The translations under genes and the position numbers were made by a program. This document shows, piece after piece, positions 60,412-62,766 of a stretch of 62,766 nt of DNA. The first letter of the stretch is position 1. The number at the start of each line of letters is the position of its first letter. The stretch spans positions 1 through 62,766 of the forward strand of contig JAYZHU010000212.1 in NCBI GenBank assembly GCA_036166175.1. Direction: 5' to 3'. A model generated the notes under the pieces. It was not told the origin of the DNA and searched no databases. It was given only the letters and a program-made list of their open reading frames with translations. The stretch is from Verrucomicrobiota bacterium (GTDB lineage: Bacteria > Verrucomicrobiota > Verrucomicrobiia > Opitutales > Opitutaceae).

Positions 60412-62766
60412 TTAGTTGGCAGCTAAAGTAGAATTATCCGTGTCGATGGATTCCGATCGCGTACGTTGAAAAGCCGGTGAATCGATAATTCCGGTGATAA
60501 GCGTCATGATCCGTCCGTCATTGCGTTCCAATTCGGCCACCAGAGAATCGACCGTATGGGTGTCGTAATATTCCAGTCCGCGTCCGAGGGCGTAGGTAAG
60601 CATTTTTTCCGAGACGACCCGGTAGTAGTCGAATCGGCGCTCATTTGCAAGAATGCGCTTCAAGTCGCGAATATCGCTAAATGATTCTCCCGTTATCAGG
60701 GTACCAGAAGGATCGATCGGAGTTCCCGCTTGGTGATCGCGCCACATGCCCATGGCATTGAAATTCTCCAGAGCCAATCCGAGAGGATCCATGCGCTCGT
60801 GGCAAGACCGGCAGAGTGGCTTTTCCCGGTGGACTGACATGAGTTCGCGCATGCTTGGCTGGAGATTCTCGTCGAATTCCTTTTCCGCCTCCTCAAGCTC
60901 GGGCACGTCTGGTGGGGCGGGCGGGGCAGGCGTTCCCAGAATATTCTCGAGGATGAACAATCCTCGTTTGACCGGAGACGTTCGGGTGGGATTCGATGTA
61001 ACGCCTAAGACTGTGGCTTGGGTCAGAATTCCGCCACGATAACTGTTTTCCGGGAGATCGACCTTCCGCATTTCTCCATGAACGACGCCTTCGATTTTAT
61101 AGAACTCTGCCAACTCGTCGTTGAGGAACGTGTAGTCGGCGTCGAGGAGCTCGAGGAGACGGAGATTGTTATCAAGCAGATGCTGGAAAGACATCTCAGT
61201 CTCTTCCTTCATGGCTCGACGGACGCCGCCACTTAGACGGAACCGCCGATCCAAGATACCGTCTCCCCTTAAGATTTCTCGCTCGTTGAGGCCTATGAGG
61301 GGGATATCCCTCGACTGGAGCCATTGCCCGACGAAATTTTCAGCAAGCGCCTCGGCCTTTTCGTCCGACAGCATGCGATCGATTTGATTATCCAGATTGT
61401 CCCGAAGGGCCCCTCGTTTGGCCAGGTCTAGGAGTGGCTCATCCGGCATCGTAGACCATAAAAAATAGGATAGGCGTGAAGCCAGCGAGAACTCGTCGAT
61501 AAGCGGATAGGAAGCGCCATCGGAACTGGGTAGAGCGTTTATCGACCGATAAAGAAAGTAGGGGGACGAAAGGATCGCCGTAAACGCCTTGGCCATTCCT
61601 TGTTCGAAGGATTGGTTTTCGGACTCAATTGCAGTTTCCGCAAAAGTCGCTAAGCGGTCGACAATACTGGCGCTCGGGGGTTGCCGATAAGCCCGATAGG
61701 CGAATTGCTCGAGGATCTCGCGAATATAGGCGGATCGCTGATTAGGCGATTCAGGAGCAGGCCCTTTGGGGAAATAGCGAGCGTATTGCGGTTTCAGCAC
61801 TTTGTGCTGCTCCCCGATCGGCCCTTCAATCGTGACCGTTTCCACTGTCGCTTTCATTTCTGAATCGATCGTAGCGAAATCGTAATTCGGCTGCAGGACG
61901 AGGTTCAGTTCATGTCTTCCCACTTTCAGTGGAATTTCGAAGCTCAAGCGTCTGTTGGATTCCGGGCTGTGAATGAGATCAACTGGACCCAAACTTTCTC
62001 CGTCGATTTGGAGATCAAAAACGGCTTTTCCATAATCGAAGTTAAAAAAGCTGGGCGTTCGTAGGTGGGCCATGACCCGGTAGGGTCCGTGAGTATCGAC
62101 TTGGAAGCTGGTTTGGTAAGAGTGCGACTCGGCGAATGAGAGAGATCGGTTCAAGCGCTTTCCGGAGCCATCGCGAAACGCCTCGCCCTCAATTTCCTGG
62201 TGAGGCAATTCGTAGGGCTCATCGGGAATGGATTGGCTGATGAGATCGCCGGCTATCTTGATGTATTTCTCCAAGATGAGAGGCGATAGGCTTAGAGCAT
62301 CGGCAATATTGTCGAATCCGTATCCGGTATCGTCATTGGGAAGCAAATCCCCAGAGAGGATACGAATACCGGTGAGATCGAAGAGCGTGTTTTCGTACTC
62401 GACTCGATTGAGGCGACGGTGAGTCACGCGACCGGGATCGGGATTATTGGGATCGATCTCGAAGACGTCGCGTTTGATCCAGTCCAGGATTTTTTGCCGA
62501 TTGGCTAGTGTGGGCGGCGACTTTTCCGGTGGCGGCATGACATGGGCCTGAAGGTTTTTGTATACCTGGAACCACTGTTGCTTGTCCTGGGAAACTTCCG
62601 AAAACGTGAAATAGTCATCTAAGGAAAAGCCGCCTTTCTTGGACTCATAATCATGGCAGTCGTAGCAAGTTTCTTCAAGTAGCGGTACGATTTCGTCTTG
62701 GTAAAATGCATCATTTCCGGGTACGGAGACCACGAATCCGCCAAGCGCCCAGGCTACGAGAATGAA
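60412..62766 (-). CDS. DUF1592/DUF1588/DUF1587/DUF1595/DUF1585 dihaem protein; 5' end beyond window
   Basis: CYDCH, RRLNRVEYENT, GFDN, ASRLSYFLWSTMPD, TSPVKRG, CRSCHERMDPLG, TYALGR; frame open to the window edge (FILVAWALGG, part of the signal peptide). Confidence 0.93.
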   Translation of the reverse strand, partial: FILVAWALGGFVVSVPGNDAFYQDEIVPLLEETCYDCHDYESKKGGFSLDDYFTFSEVSQDKQQWFQVYKNLQAHVMPPPEKSPPTLANRQKILDWIKRDVFEIDPNNPDPGRVTHRRLNRVEYENTLFDLTGIRILSGDLLPNDDTGYGFDNIADALSLSPLILEKYIKIAGDLISQSIPDEPYELPHQEIEGEAFRDGSGKRLNRSLSFAESHSYQTSFQVDTHGPYRVMAHLRTPSFFNFDYGKAVFDLQIDGESLGPVDLIHSPESNRRLSFEIPLKVGRHELNLVLQPNYDFATIDSEMKATVETVTIEGPIGEQHKVLKPQYARYFPKGPAPESPNQRSAYIREILEQFAYRAYRQPPSASIVDRLATFAETAIESENQSFEQGMAKAFTAILSSPYFLYRSINALPSSDGASYPLIDEFSLASRLSYFLWSTMPDEPLLDLAKRGALRDNLDNQIDRMLSDEKAEALAENFVGQWLQSRDIPLIGLNEREILRGDGILDRRFRLSGGVRRAMKEETEMSFQHLLDNNLRLLELLDADYTFLNDELAEFYKIEGVVHGEMRKVDLPENSYRGGILTQATVLGVTSNPTRTSPVKRGLFILENILGTPAPPAPPDVPELEEAEKEFDENLQPSMRELMSVHREKPLCRSCHERMDPLGLALENFNAMGMWRDHQAGTPIDPSGTLITGESFSDIRDLKRILANERRFDYYRVVSEKMLTYALGRGLEYYDTHTVDSLVAELERNDGRIMTLITGIIDSPAFQRTRSESIDTDNSTLAAN

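Noticed and set aside
1-62766. Transposase/RAYT, integrase, phage, defence, tRNA or rRNA genes
   Set aside because: No ORF or sequence with the corresponding motifs was recognised

Overview
62.8 kb of gene-dense bacterial DNA with roughly balanced GC. Gene content points to a PVC-superphylum heterotroph, most likely Verrucomicrobiota/Opitutales (inferred from gene families only). I found no rRNA, tRNA, CRISPR array, transposase or prophage. In order, the window holds: a DUF1552 gene; a Flavobacteriaceae-like lipoprotein; an esterase / aldose-epimerase / monosaccharide ABC cluster; a MoxR-DUF58-Bat operon with BatB/C and BatD/E fusions; three DUF1549/DUF1553 dihaem protein + Tat-exported DUF1501 gene pairs, one directly downstream of a DUF1592 + DUF1552 pair; two propeller-cytochrome c proteins; a PAS-AraC regulator; a TonB-dependent receptor with a shortened plug; a sugar-acid operon (glucarate-dehydratase-like enolase, HpcH aldolase, LarA-like protein); PhoD; a sulfatase; and a PilV/PilW/PilX-like minor-pilin cassette behind a candidate sigma-54 promoter. 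Three genes are visibly disrupted: a frameshift near 24774, a stop plus frameshift at 32189/32280, and three in-frame stops in a PRC-barrel gene at 44921-45715. Intergenic spaces in the first 23 kb carry several families of GTAG-type REP/REPIN palindromes with compensatory stem changes. Best candidates for undescribed systems: the modular haem/DUF1501/DUF1552 periplasmic modules and the LarA-containing sugar-acid pathway. All family calls come from motif recognition by eye, not database searches.
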